A stretch of DNA of 64,000 bases from an uncultured Candidatus Binatia bacterium (GTDB taxonomy: Bacteria > Desulfobacterota > Binatia > UBA9968 > JAJDTQ01), in NCBI GenBank assembly GCA_965215605.1, contig OZ244070.1, positions 1,984,001 through 2,048,000 on the forward strand, written 5' to 3'. The notes under the pieces were generated by a model. The model saw only the letters and a list, made by a program, of their open reading frames with translations, made no database searches and was not told the origin of the DNA. How positions within the stretch are numbered: position 1 is the first letter of the stretch; every line of letters starts with the position of its first letter. Below are positions 39,914-49,294 of this stretch, one piece after another. The position numbers and the translations under genes are program-made.

Positions 39914-41050
39914 TTGTTCATCCTTTCATACGTTCGGGTTGCGTTCCTGAGCCTGACGCTGTTGCTTCATCTGTTGGGCGGCGAGGGCTTGAGGAAGCTT
40001 CTGCGGGGTTTGCGCCGGCGCGGACCAACCGTGCGGACCCTGGCCATTGCCGCGGGCGACCGGCGGATGGCCGCTGATCTCTATATCGTGCCGGATGCCC
40101 GGCCACGCGCCGGTTTGCTCGTCACCCACGGGGTGCTCGAAACGGGCAAGGACGACCCGCGTCTGGTGGCGTTGGCGAAGGAACTGGCCGGCTGCGGATT
40201 CGCCGTGCTGGTACCCGAGCTCGACGGCCTCAAGTCGCTTCGGCTGGAGATGAAGGAGGCCGACGACATCGTGGCGGCCTTCCGCTTCCTGCTGTCGATG
40301 GAGGACGTGGACAGCACCCGCGCGGGCCTGTTCGGGATCAGCTTTGCCGCCGGTCCGATTCTGAAGGCCGCGGCCGACCCGTCCATCCGGGAACGGGTGA
40401 AGTTCGTGGTGTCCTTCGGAGGCTACTACGACACCGTCAACGTGGTCCGCTACCTCACCACCGGCCGGGACGAATACCAGGGCTACCGGCACCTCCAGGC
40501 ACCTGATATCTATGCACGGTACGTGTTCGTGAAGAATCTCCTGGTCCATTTGACGGTGGAGGAGGATCGCCGGGTGCTGTCCGGTCTGCTCGATGCCATG
40601 GAGCGGGAAGCCGATGCCGGCGCCACCAACCGGGAAGGGGAGGCGCCGATGATCGCGCCGGACCGGCTCACCGAAGCCGGACGGGCCGTCTACGGCCTGA
40701 TCCGCAACCAGGACCCGGATCGGGTCCAGAGCCTGATGGAGGCGACGGAGCCCGCCGTGCGAAGCTATCTGGAGAGCCTTTCCCTGCGCGCGATCGTGCC
40801 GCGGGTCGGGGCGCGGTTGCTCATCGGCCACGGCGACACCGACCCGCTGCTCCCTTCGACCGAGAGCCTGCGGCTGGCCGACGCGGCGCCCGACCCGAGC
40901 CGCGTCCACGTCGCAATCCTGAAGGTCGTGAGCCACGTGGACGCGCGGCTTTCCGTGCGCTCGGTCCGCGAGTTCGTGACGACGACCCTGCCGTCCTGCT
41001 GCTGGTTCTACGGGCTGATCTTCCGGATCCTGCGGCAGCAACTCGATTAA
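39914..41050 (+). CDS. Alpha/beta-hydrolase fold protein
   Basis: THG, GISFAAG, HGDTDPLLP, SHVD. Confidence 0.75.
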   Translation: MFILSYVRVAFLSLTLLLHLLGGEGLRKLLRGLRRRGPTVRTLAIAAGDRRMAADLYIVPDARPRAGLLVTHGVLETGKDDPRLVALAKELAGCGFAVLVPELDGLKSLRLEMKEADDIVAAFRFLLSMEDVDSTRAGLFGISFAAGPILKAAADPSIRERVKFVVSFGGYYDTVNVVRYLTTGRDEYQGYRHLQAPDIYARYVFVKNLLVHLTVEEDRRVLSGLLDAMEREADAGATNREGEAPMIAPDRLTEAGRAVYGLIRNQDPDRVQSLMEATEPAVRSYLESLSLRAIVPRVGARLLIGHGDTDPLLPSTESLRLADAAPDPSRVHVAILKVVSHVDARLSVRSVREFVTTTLPSCCWFYGLIFRILRQQLD

Positions 41051-41186
41051 TGACCAGTTAGGGCGCGGACTAAATTTAGTTGCCCGTATAAATTTGGTCT
41101 CGTTTCTTACTTTTGGTGGACGAAACCCTTAAGATCACCTCCCATCCCGTTTCGACGCGAACATCACACAGGAGGAAACCACACCC

Positions 41187-42449
41187 ATGAGCTTTGAGCC
41201 CAAAACACCGGCGTTCTGGGAAAAGGGTGCCCTGCGCAAGGAACTCGATCGCGTGTTCGACATCTGCTATGGCTGCACCCTTTGCCACACCCTCTGTCCG
41301 TCGTTCGTGAGCCTGTTCCAGATGATGGACGAAAACTTCGGTGACGCTACCGCGCTCAAAGACGAGCAGATGAAAACGGTGGTGGACCAGTGCTACCAGT
41401 GCAAGCTGTGCGATCCCATTTGTCCGTACGTGCCGCCGCACGAGTGGGATATCGATTTCCCCAGGACCATGATGCGGGCCACCCTCGTGGAGGCCAGGGA
41501 CAAGGGGGTGAGTTGGGCCGACCGGCTGATGGGAGACACGGACCGGGCCGGGCGGATGGCGAGCTGGATGGCGCCCTTGGTCAACTGGGCCAACCGGACC
41601 CCGTTCGTGCGCCGGCTGATGGAGAAGTACCTGGGGGTGCACCGCGACCGGCTTCTGCCCACGTATCACGGCCAGACCTTCGCCAAGTGGAACGGCAAGC
41701 GTCCGGCCGCCGCCAAGGGCGACGGCGAGGAGAAGGCGGCGCTGTTCTACACCTGCACCGTCAACTACAACGAGCCGGACATCGGCAAGGCGGCGGTGGG
41801 CGTGCTGGAGAAGAACGGCGTCGAGTGCGTGGTCCCCGAGCAGCAGTGCTGCGGCATGCCGTTCATCGACGTGGGCCTGCTGGACGAGGCGGTGAAGAAG
41901 ATCGAGGCCAACGTCAAGAGCCTGAGCGCGGCGGTGCGCCAGGGCTGCAAGATCGTGGTGCCTACGGCGAGTTGCAGCTACATGCTCAAGCAGGACTACC
42001 CGCGCATGCTGCCCACCGACGACACGAAGCTGGTGGCGGAGAACACCCTCGACCTGTCGGAGTACCTGGTGAAGCTCAACGAGGCCGGCAAGCTGGACGT
42101 GAACTTCTCACAGGCGGCCGGCAAGATCCGCTATCATCAGCCGTGCCATCTCAAGGCCCAGGACATCGGCTTCAAGGCCCAGGAACTGATGCAGCTCATC
42201 CCGGACACGGAGGTCTCCCGCATGCAGTGCTGCAGCGGGCACGACGGAACCTGGAGCGTCAGGAAGGAGAACTTCGAGGCGTCGATGCAGGTGGGCAGGC
42301 CGCTGTTCAAGTTCATGCGGCCCGACGACGCGTGCACGGTGACGGACTGTCCGCTGTCGGCGGTTCAGGTGGAGCAGGGCACCGGCAGAAAGCCGGTGCA
42401 CCCCATCGTGGTCATGGCGCGGGCCTACGGGCTCGAGGTCGAGTCGTAA
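41187..42449 (+). CDS. Fe-S oxidoreductase, GlpC/HdrD-like with CCG domains
   Basis: CYGCTLCHTLCP, CYQCKLCDPICP, CCGMP, HQPCH, CCSGHDG. Confidence 0.88.
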   Translation: MSFEPKTPAFWEKGALRKELDRVFDICYGCTLCHTLCPSFVSLFQMMDENFGDATALKDEQMKTVVDQCYQCKLCDPICPYVPPHEWDIDFPRTMMRATLVEARDKGVSWADRLMGDTDRAGRMASWMAPLVNWANRTPFVRRLMEKYLGVHRDRLLPTYHGQTFAKWNGKRPAAAKGDGEEKAALFYTCTVNYNEPDIGKAAVGVLEKNGVECVVPEQQCCGMPFIDVGLLDEAVKKIEANVKSLSAAVRQGCKIVVPTASCSYMLKQDYPRMLPTDDTKLVAENTLDLSEYLVKLNEAGKLDVNFSQAAGKIRYHQPCHLKAQDIGFKAQELMQLIPDTEVSRMQCCSGHDGTWSVRKENFEASMQVGRPLFKFMRPDDACTVTDCPLSAVQVEQGTGRKPVHPIVVMARAYGLEVES

Positions 42450-42486
42450 GCCGCGCGCCTTTCTCGGTTCAGTTCCGGTTTCCGGA

Positions 42487-43602
42487 CTACCTCGGGTCGA
42501 GAATCCAGCCGCCTTCCTTTTCCAGGCCGATGACGTACTCGTCGTCGGCCTCCGAGGGAAGGACCTCCGCCAGGTGCTTCGGGTAGTCCTCTTCAGAGAG
42601 CAACTCGCCGGTCACGCTGTAGGGCTGGCCGGCGTAGTTGCCGATGTAACGCCGGAACTTGTCGCTGGGAATCGTCAGTTGCGGCTGGTCTCCGGGGATG
42701 TTGTGATTCAGCGCATCCACGAGCGCGGAGACCTCTTTGAAGAAGGTCGTGCGCGACAGCTCGTTCAGCCGATCCATGTCCGCCGGCTCGTCGTACAGGT
42801 GCTCGTCGTAGCGCCCCTTCAAACCCCAAACGTAGGCCCAGTGAGCAGAGCTGGATTCGTCCTGTCCGAACAGGTCGTAGGCGGTGGAGATCCACTTGTT
42901 GAAGTACTTCTGCATCATGGTCATGGGGATCTTGCCGGCCTTGACGATGCGCATCAGGCCGATGTTTCCCTGGGCCAGGTGATAGGCCTCTTCCTTCAGC
43001 ATGGGCAGGGTGCTGCGGCCCAGCGGGGCGAAGGCGCTGCGGCTGAGCATGTTCAACTGGTACTTGCCGTCGCGGTCGATGAAGCTCGTGTAGGTGAAGA
43101 AATCCAGCCAGTTCCGCACGGGCTGGTTGAAGGAATCCAGCAGACGGCTGCCTTCGCCCGCGCGCCGCTCCAGCAACCGCTGGGACTGGCGCTTGCCGGC
43201 GTCGCCGAACTGGGTGATCAGTACGTAGGCCATCTGCCAGCCGTGCCGCATCTCTTCCCGGTTGATACGGATCAGGTTTTTCAGGTCCACTTCGGTGGGG
43301 GCCCGCTCGATGAGATTGGTTTGCTGCTCCACGGAGGCGAACTCCGTGTCCCCCTGGAACTCGATCAGGTGGGCCAGCGCGTCCTGGATACGCTGGTCGG
43401 GGATGTCCGTCACCTTCTCCCACTTGGGCCGTCCGGCATACTCGCCGAACTCGATCTCGTTGCTCTCGACGTCATCGAGCTTGGTCTCGAAGGTATAGTC
43501 GCCGCCGATGAGCTCCGTCGGGTAGCCGATGTCGTCGTGCCACTGATGGAACGCATCCACCCAGTCGTCGAAGGTGTCGATCCTCTCCTTCTTTATCAAC
43601 AT
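42487..43602 (-). CDS. BoxB/PaaA-like diiron aryl-CoA epoxidase family protein
   Basis: QGDTEFASVEQQ, EEMRH, DRDGKYQL, EEAYH, WGLKGR. Confidence 0.8.
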   Translation of the reverse strand: MLIKKERIDTFDDWVDAFHQWHDDIGYPTELIGGDYTFETKLDDVESNEIEFGEYAGRPKWEKVTDIPDQRIQDALAHLIEFQGDTEFASVEQQTNLIERAPTEVDLKNLIRINREEMRHGWQMAYVLITQFGDAGKRQSQRLLERRAGEGSRLLDSFNQPVRNWLDFFTYTSFIDRDGKYQLNMLSRSAFAPLGRSTLPMLKEEAYHLAQGNIGLMRIVKAGKIPMTMMQKYFNKWISTAYDLFGQDESSSAHWAYVWGLKGRYDEHLYDEPADMDRLNELSRTTFFKEVSALVDALNHNIPGDQPQLTIPSDKFRRYIGNYAGQPYSVTGELLSEEDYPKHLAEVLPSEADDEYVIGLEKEGGWILDPR

Positions 43603-43713
43603 GATCCTGCTCCTTTCCTAATGAACGCTCGTACGAATTTGTGCCGTAAAATGAGCCACCGAGACCGTGCAGCCGTAACAAAGTTCGGCCTGTGAGGTTC
43701 GATGGCTGTCCGA

Positions 43714-43742
43714 ATTCTAATGCGCGCGGCGCCATTTTGCAA
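43714..43742 (-). promoter_or_regulatory. Sigma70-type promoter of the BoxB-like gene
   Basis: TTGCAA-17 nt-TAGAAT on the minus strand. Confidence 0.65.
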
Positions 43743-43957
43743 GCCCAAAATGCCGTGTGTTAGGGCAAAGCGATAATGTCCTACTACACGTTTGTCGGGG
43801 GTTTTCAATCGGCGGTCTGTCAACGCCGTGGAGCGCCGCCCGGGACTACGGTGTCGGACGGTTGATTGGGAAGCGTCCAGCGCCGTTCCAGCAAGCGGAC
43901 GCCGCCGCGGCTCCGGCGATGCCCAAGAGCAGGCCGCCAGCGCGGCGTTGAGGCGAA

Positions 43958-44932
43958 ATGAACCGCGCGTTCCTTGAAAGCACCGTGAGCGCGTTGCCCG
44001 GTGACTGCGGATTTGGTTTACTACTACACATGAAGTGGAGGGGCACTGGAGCATGGCAAAGGATATACGCCGCGTTGGGCAGCGCGTGCCTGGGCACGCT
44101 TGCAGTGACCTTCCTCCCATCTAGCGCGGCCGCGGGAGACGGGCGGCTGCAACTCGCCTACAAGATCTATTTCGCGGGCGTCCACGCTGCAAATCTCGGG
44201 CTCGGCGTCCGTTTCGACGCGGCAGCGTATGACACCGACGCCGCGGCCTATGACCTCCATGCAACCGCCTACGCCGTGCAGGCGCGTTTGAAGACCACCG
44301 GTCTGGTCAAGGCGGTCACCCGTTGGAAAACCACGGCGTATTCGCACGGCGCGCTTGTTGCAGGGGACGTGGTGCCGGTGCGGGCAGGGTATCGGAGCAA
44401 ACGATGGTGGAAGAAGCGTCTGGTAGATCTCGGTTTCGACCGGGGAACCCCGAAGCTCGTGCGCATGAAGCCGCACAAGGAGCCCAGGGTTTCCCCCTCC
44501 CGGCTCAAGGGAGCTCTCGACCCCGCCGGCGCCTTTCTCGCGGTGCTCGCCAGCTTCGACGCCGGTGAGGAATGCAGCCTGCGTATTCCGGTCTTTGACG
44601 GGCGCCGTCTCTATGCGCTCGTAGGCGAAGCCGATGGGGCGGGGCATCTCGAGGCCGGTCGGCATTCGCCCTATGCCGGAGCCACGGTCAACTGCCGCGT
44701 GTGGCTCGAAAGGAAAGCCGGGTTCAAGAGGCAAACCGGCAACGGCGCCGCACACGATGACACCGTGGTGCAACTCCGTATGGCGCGCGTGTTCGACGAG
44801 ATGCCGCCGGTTCCGGTGCGTTTCGCAAGCGACACCGGATACGGTTCCCTGGTCGCGCATCTCTTCCGGGCGGAACTGTACGCGGACGGCCTCAAGCGGG
44901 ACCTGCCTCCGAGTCCCGAAAGACGCTGGTGA
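43958..44932 (+). CDS. DUF3108-like exported protein (start uncertain)
   Basis: Signal-like segment, LAYKIYFAG, ALDP, IPVFDGRRLY, PVPVRF...GSL. Confidence 0.7.
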   Translation: MNRAFLESTVSALPGDCGFGLLLHMKWRGTGAWQRIYAALGSACLGTLAVTFLPSSAAAGDGRLQLAYKIYFAGVHAANLGLGVRFDAAAYDTDAAAYDLHATAYAVQARLKTTGLVKAVTRWKTTAYSHGALVAGDVVPVRAGYRSKRWWKKRLVDLGFDRGTPKLVRMKPHKEPRVSPSRLKGALDPAGAFLAVLASFDAGEECSLRIPVFDGRRLYALVGEADGAGHLEAGRHSPYAGATVNCRVWLERKAGFKRQTGNGAAHDDTVVQLRMARVFDEMPPVPVRFASDTGYGSLVAHLFRAELYADGLKRDLPPSPERRW

Positions 44933-44953
44933 GGGGAAGTTCCGGGGAGGTGA

Positions 44954-45088
44954 GGGGAAGAAGACCAGCCTGACCAGCAGGGCCAGAACGGCAGGAGCGA
45001 ATGCGAGCGTCGGAACCGCCATGTCCCGCTTCAGGCCGCCGATGTCTTCCTTGAGTTCGGCCAGGCTCTGTTTGAGCTCGGCCTTGAG
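44954..45088 (-). pseudogene. 3' remnant of a coiled-coil/TM protein homologous to 55621..56100
   Basis: LKAELKQSLAELKEDIGGLKRDMAVPTLAFAPAVLALLVRLVFFP versus LEKQVAVLRFAVFSFGPTILALLVKLTFFP. Confidence 0.7.
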
Positions 45089-46241
45089 TACCGGCTGTTT
45101 CGCCGGACTCCTGCTGCTGGGCGCCTGGGCGGCGGCTTCCGCCGCCGACCGTAACTTCTCGCAGTATCCGGGCTTCGCCGAGTACTTCGCCGCCAATCCA
45201 CCGGCCGGAGCGGCGGGCCCCGCCGAACGGGCGCTGGCCCGCCGCAACACGCCGCGCTTTCACCTGCCCGCGGGCCATGAGGGGCCCATCGACTTCTACC
45301 GCGACTACATCGCGCACGGTTACTTGGTGACTGGTGACGGCGTCCGCATCGACGGGCCCACTCAAGCGGAACTGAACCGGCACCGGGATGACGTCCAGGC
45401 CGAGTTCACCCACGTTCCGGACGGCGCCGAGCCGCGCCCTGTGGTCTACGCTGCAGTGGAGCGCACGGGCCTGTGGGCGCCACGGGAGGAAGGGCGCGAA
45501 ACCGAGGAGTTCACCGTCATCACCTACCACCTGGTGTTCCGGGTAAGCGGCCTGCCCGCGGGGCTGTCCCTGGCCGCGGCCATCCCGCTACGGCTGGTGG
45601 CGGATCTGGACGACTGGCACCAGCTCGACCACTACACCGCCGCCTTCGTGGTGCTGGACGCGGCGGAGCGTCCCGTCGCCCTGACCCTGCAGCAGCACAA
45701 CTACCTGCGCACCTACTTGGTGGGAGAATCGGTGGAGCCGGGAGAGGACGGGCGGTTCGACATCGACGTCGCCATCCGCTCCAACGAGCTCTACCCCCAC
45801 GTCCCGGACCGGACCGAGCGGCGCGCGGTGCGGTTCCTGGACGCCGACGCCAGGGCCTTCATGATGGGGTTCGGCGAGCGGCCGATGATGTCGGCGGACG
45901 ACGTCACCGATCCGGCCGGGAGCGTCGAGTATGAGTTGGCGTTCCTGCCCGGCTCGGACGCCTTCTATTCCTTCCACGGTTTCCTCGGCGAACGCCGCCG
46001 TCTGCCCGGCCGCGACGGCCCGCCGGGGGCGCGCTACAATACCCTGCCCGCGCTCAAGCCGCTGCCGGCGCAGGTCCTCGACGGCTACTGGCGCGACGCC
46101 AACGCCGGCGACTGGGAGCGGTACCAGCGCAGCCGGGAAGGCGGTTCCGGCCGCGCCGGCTTCGCCCGCGCCCAGGCGGGAGTTTTCCACCAGAACTTGG
46201 ACTGCCTGCGCCGCGGGCGCCAAGGCTGCACGCTGCGGTAG
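45042..46241 (+). CDS. Hypothetical exported protein (start uncertain)
   Basis: Signal-like LLLLGAWAAASAA; host-like codon usage; DDWHQLDHY. Confidence 0.65.
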   Translation: MSSLSSARLCLSSALSTGCFAGLLLLGAWAAASAADRNFSQYPGFAEYFAANPPAGAAGPAERALARRNTPRFHLPAGHEGPIDFYRDYIAHGYLVTGDGVRIDGPTQAELNRHRDDVQAEFTHVPDGAEPRPVVYAAVERTGLWAPREEGRETEEFTVITYHLVFRVSGLPAGLSLAAAIPLRLVADLDDWHQLDHYTAAFVVLDAAERPVALTLQQHNYLRTYLVGESVEPGEDGRFDIDVAIRSNELYPHVPDRTERRAVRFLDADARAFMMGFGERPMMSADDVTDPAGSVEYELAFLPGSDAFYSFHGFLGERRRLPGRDGPPGARYNTLPALKPLPAQVLDGYWRDANAGDWERYQRSREGGSGRAGFARAQAGVFHQNLDCLRRGRQGCTLR

Positions 46242-46279
46242 CCGGGGTGCGGCGGTGGGCGCGGCGACCCCGGTCGCCC

Positions 46280-47038
46280 CTACACGTTGTCGCGCGTCGT
46301 CATGCAGGCGTTGAGGATGTCTCCGTGGAGGTCCACCGCGGTGAGCCCGCAGTAGTCGAGGTCGTAGCCGGCGCGCACCTCGATGCCGTCCTGCAGCAGC
46401 CGTTGCAGCACCAGGCGCCGGAAACTGCCGTGGCCCATGACCCCGTCCTCGTGCTCCTTCAGGTCGGCCTCCTCGTGGGTGGAGAAGTAGACCGCCTGCT
46501 CGGGGGTGAGGCCGTAGTGGGTGGTGAGGGCCTTGAAGAAGTCCGCGGACCAGTACCCGGTCTGCTCCTCGGTGGCCCCGGCCGCGTAGAACTCGGCAAC
46601 GGTTCCCTCCCAGAGGATCGTCCGCTTGAAGTCGATCTTGGCCCGGAACTCGGCCAGCATCGGGTCCAGGTAGACCTCGTCTTCCACGATCCCCAGGGCC
46701 TTGGCGGTCTCCAACACCACGTGGATGTGCCCCGGCGGCTCGGGATGGAGCAGCTCGTCGGCGAGCTTCCGGGCCATGGGCGCCATCAGGTCGCGGTTCC
46801 GGCGGAAGAAGGCGATGTGCCTGTGGTAGGATGCCGCCTCCACCGTGTTGATCTCGATGGTGTAAGACGCCCAGTTCTTGAAGAACGTCCGCAGCGCGGC
46901 GCGCGGCAGCCGGCCCTCCATGAGCCGGCTCATGAAGGGCGACTCCGTCACCCGCTCGCGCCACCGCTGCGCCACCTTCCGGTAGTGTTCGTCCACACGG
47001 GCCTTGGCCTCGGCGGGTTTCATTGCGGGAATGATCAT
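46280..47038 (-). CDS. Heme-oxygenase-like (TenA/PqqC/CADD) iron-containing redox enzyme
   Basis: Helical; ELLHPEPPGH, TEEQ, YFSTHEEADLKEH. Confidence 0.72.
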   Translation of the reverse strand: MIIPAMKPAEAKARVDEHYRKVAQRWRERVTESPFMSRLMEGRLPRAALRTFFKNWASYTIEINTVEAASYHRHIAFFRRNRDLMAPMARKLADELLHPEPPGHIHVVLETAKALGIVEDEVYLDPMLAEFRAKIDFKRTILWEGTVAEFYAAGATEEQTGYWSADFFKALTTHYGLTPEQAVYFSTHEEADLKEHEDGVMGHGSFRRLVLQRLLQDGIEVRAGYDLDYCGLTAVDLHGDILNACMTTRDNV

Positions 47039-47054
47039 GGAGGTTCCGGTCCTT

Positions 47055-47513
47055 TCAGTTTCGGCGGGGAAGGAGAAGGGTGCATTGCCCGGTCAGTATT
47101 CGCCGCCCCTCCTGGTTGGCGCCTTCCAACTCGCACACGATCCACGGTTCTTCGGGGTCGCCGCTCTTCTCGGTAGCCCGCGCGGTGAACCGCATGGTGT
47201 CGCCCTCGAAGGTGGAATGGGTGTGCCGGATGCCGAGCTTTCGCAGCCGGCCGCGTGGGCCTGCCCAGTCCGTCAGCATGCGCATCAGCAGCGCCTGCCG
47301 GTAGGCGCCGCTGGCGATGAAGGCGCGGAGGCCGGCGTGCTCCCGCACCCAGTCGCGGTCGTAGTGGAGCTGTTGGGTGTTCTCCTGGAGGCCGGCCCAG
47401 CGCACGGTGTCGATGACGGTCAGGGGGCCGAACTCCCGGGTCACCAGTTGGGCGCCCGGCTGGACGTCCTCGAAGAACTTGTCTCTGGTCGTTGCGGTGT
47501 TCGCGCCGTTCAT
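47055..47513 (-). CDS. MaoC-family dehydratase subunit
   Basis: FFEDVQPG, ENTQQLHYD, TFEGDT hot-dog fold. Confidence 0.82.
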   Translation of the reverse strand: MNGANTATTRDKFFEDVQPGAQLVTREFGPLTVIDTVRWAGLQENTQQLHYDRDWVREHAGLRAFIASGAYRQALLMRMLTDWAGPRGRLRKLGIRHTHSTFEGDTMRFTARATEKSGDPEEPWIVCELEGANQEGRRILTGQCTLLLPRRN

Positions 47514-47549
47514 GTTCGCTCGGATCCGATCGCGCTTGCGCCGGTGCCG

Positions 47550-48665
47550 TCAGACGGCGCCGGCCTCCAGCAGCTCCCGACGTTCCGCCTCGGAGTAGCC
47601 CAGCTCCCCCAGGACCTCCGCGTTGTGCTCCCCCAGCGTGGGCGCGGGTCTCATCTCCTGGCCCCGCACCCGGGCCACGGCGCCGCGCGGGAAGGGGATG
47701 CGCCCGAAGCGTGGATCATCCTCTTCGGCGAGATATCCCCGCGCCACGAGCTGCGGATCCCGGGTCAGGTCCAGCGGCGTCGACACCGGCGACGACGGGA
47801 ACCGCCGCCGCTGCCCCTCCTCGACGATCTCCGACTTGGTGAACTGCCGGGACCAGGCCAGCACCCGGTCCATGATGAAGTCCTTCTTCTCGCGCTGCGC
47901 GTCGTCCGACGCCAGGGAGGGGTCGGCCATGAGCTCGGGGTCCCGGACCCATTCCATGAACTTCTCCCAGCGGCCGGGCCGGTTGATCTGGCTCACCACC
48001 CAGTGGCCGTCCTTGCACGGCAGCGCTCCCGAGATGGCGGTGATGGTGCCGCGGTTGCCGCGCCGTTCCGTACGGGTGCCCGAGAAGGTGTACTCCACCA
48101 TGGCCTGCTCCACGAAGGTCTCCAGACAGTCCTGCATGGAGATCCGGACGCGCTGGCCCTGTCCCGTGCGTTCGAGCACGTGAAGGGCGGCGGCGGTGGC
48201 GACGGCCGCCTGGACGCCGGTGGCCAGATAGATCATGTGGCCGCCCAGCAGCGTGGGCCGGCCGTCCCGCTGTCCGGTGAGGGAAAGCAGGCCGGAGCGG
48301 GCATAGGCGCACAGCTCGTCCTCTTCTTCCTCCACGTCGGTCCACACGAGACCGGCCCTTGCTGCGTCCTGGTCCATGGGCAGCGGCCGGCTGGTCACCA
48401 CGGCGCCGGCCGTCCGCACCAGCTTCAGGAACACCGGCCATCCCGTGGCGGACTCCAGGTCCAGGGAGACGCTGCGCTTGCCGGCGTTCAGGAAGCGGTG
48501 GAACGCTCCCTGCTCCGGGTCGGGGCTTTCCCCCAGGAACGGTCCGGTCCGGCGCACCGCGTCACCGCCCGGAGGCTCGACGCGGATGACGTCATGGCCG
48601 GACTCCGCGAGCAGCCGCGCGGCATAGGCGCCGGCCAGAGCTCCGATATCGATGATGCGCGACAT
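47550..48665 (-). CDS. Family III CoA-transferase subunit (probably non-catalytic)
   Basis: DVIRVEPPGGD, LNAGKRSVSLD, APTLGEHN; no Asp at the expected site. Confidence 0.85.
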   Translation of the reverse strand: MSRIIDIGALAGAYAARLLAESGHDVIRVEPPGGDAVRRTGPFLGESPDPEQGAFHRFLNAGKRSVSLDLESATGWPVFLKLVRTAGAVVTSRPLPMDQDAARAGLVWTDVEEEEDELCAYARSGLLSLTGQRDGRPTLLGGHMIYLATGVQAAVATAAALHVLERTGQGQRVRISMQDCLETFVEQAMVEYTFSGTRTERRGNRGTITAISGALPCKDGHWVVSQINRPGRWEKFMEWVRDPELMADPSLASDDAQREKKDFIMDRVLAWSRQFTKSEIVEEGQRRRFPSSPVSTPLDLTRDPQLVARGYLAEEDDPRFGRIPFPRGAVARVRGQEMRPAPTLGEHNAEVLGELGYSEAERRELLEAGAV

Positions 48666-48667
48666 GC

Positions 48668-49246
48668 TCAGTCCGTCCGGCGGTCCTTGGACTTCCCTTG
48701 GCCATGCCCGGGACCAACGGGAACGGTTTCGACCGCCCGTTCCGGGAACAGCGCCACGGTGTGACGCCGCGTGAACACCAGCTCGCCCCCTCCGTTGCGC
48801 ACCTCCTCCAACTGCGTCACGTAGATTCCCACGCCCATCTTCCCCTCCCGGGCCGTGATGTCGACGATATGGCTCTGGCAGGAGAGCGGCTCGCCCAGGT
48901 GGACGGGCTTCAGCCACTCGGTCTCGCTGCCGGCGTTGCGGACGTTGGTATAGGCGGCGGGGACGGGAAGATGACGACGCACGTCGATCGAGGCCCCTTT
49001 CCCATCCTCCGGCTCCTTGAGGCTGAAGGGAGTCCAGCCCACCAGGATCGGCGGCAGGAGACGCCCCGCGTAACCGGCCGAGCGGGCGAAGCCGTCATCC
49101 AGCCACAGGGGATTGGCATCGCCGGTGGCGTCCACGTAGCGGCGCACGTCCGAGGCGCTCAGGGGCTCCAGGGAACGTACCGGGCCTCTATGGCCGATGC
49201 AGCGGCGGAGCTCGTCGGTGATGATGGTTTCGGCGGATTCGCTCAT
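48668..49246 (-). CDS. MaoC-family dehydratase, N-terminal-type subunit
   Basis: VRRYVDATGDANPLW, NAGSETEWLKPV. Confidence 0.82.
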   Translation of the reverse strand: MSESAETIITDELRRCIGHRGPVRSLEPLSASDVRRYVDATGDANPLWLDDGFARSAGYAGRLLPPILVGWTPFSLKEPEDGKGASIDVRRHLPVPAAYTNVRNAGSETEWLKPVHLGEPLSCQSHIVDITAREGKMGVGIYVTQLEEVRNGGGELVFTRRHTVALFPERAVETVPVGPGHGQGKSKDRRTD

Positions 49247-49294
49247 AGGAACCGCGGTGTCGTGAGCATCGCTTTCGGATCGGGCCGGGGGCGC

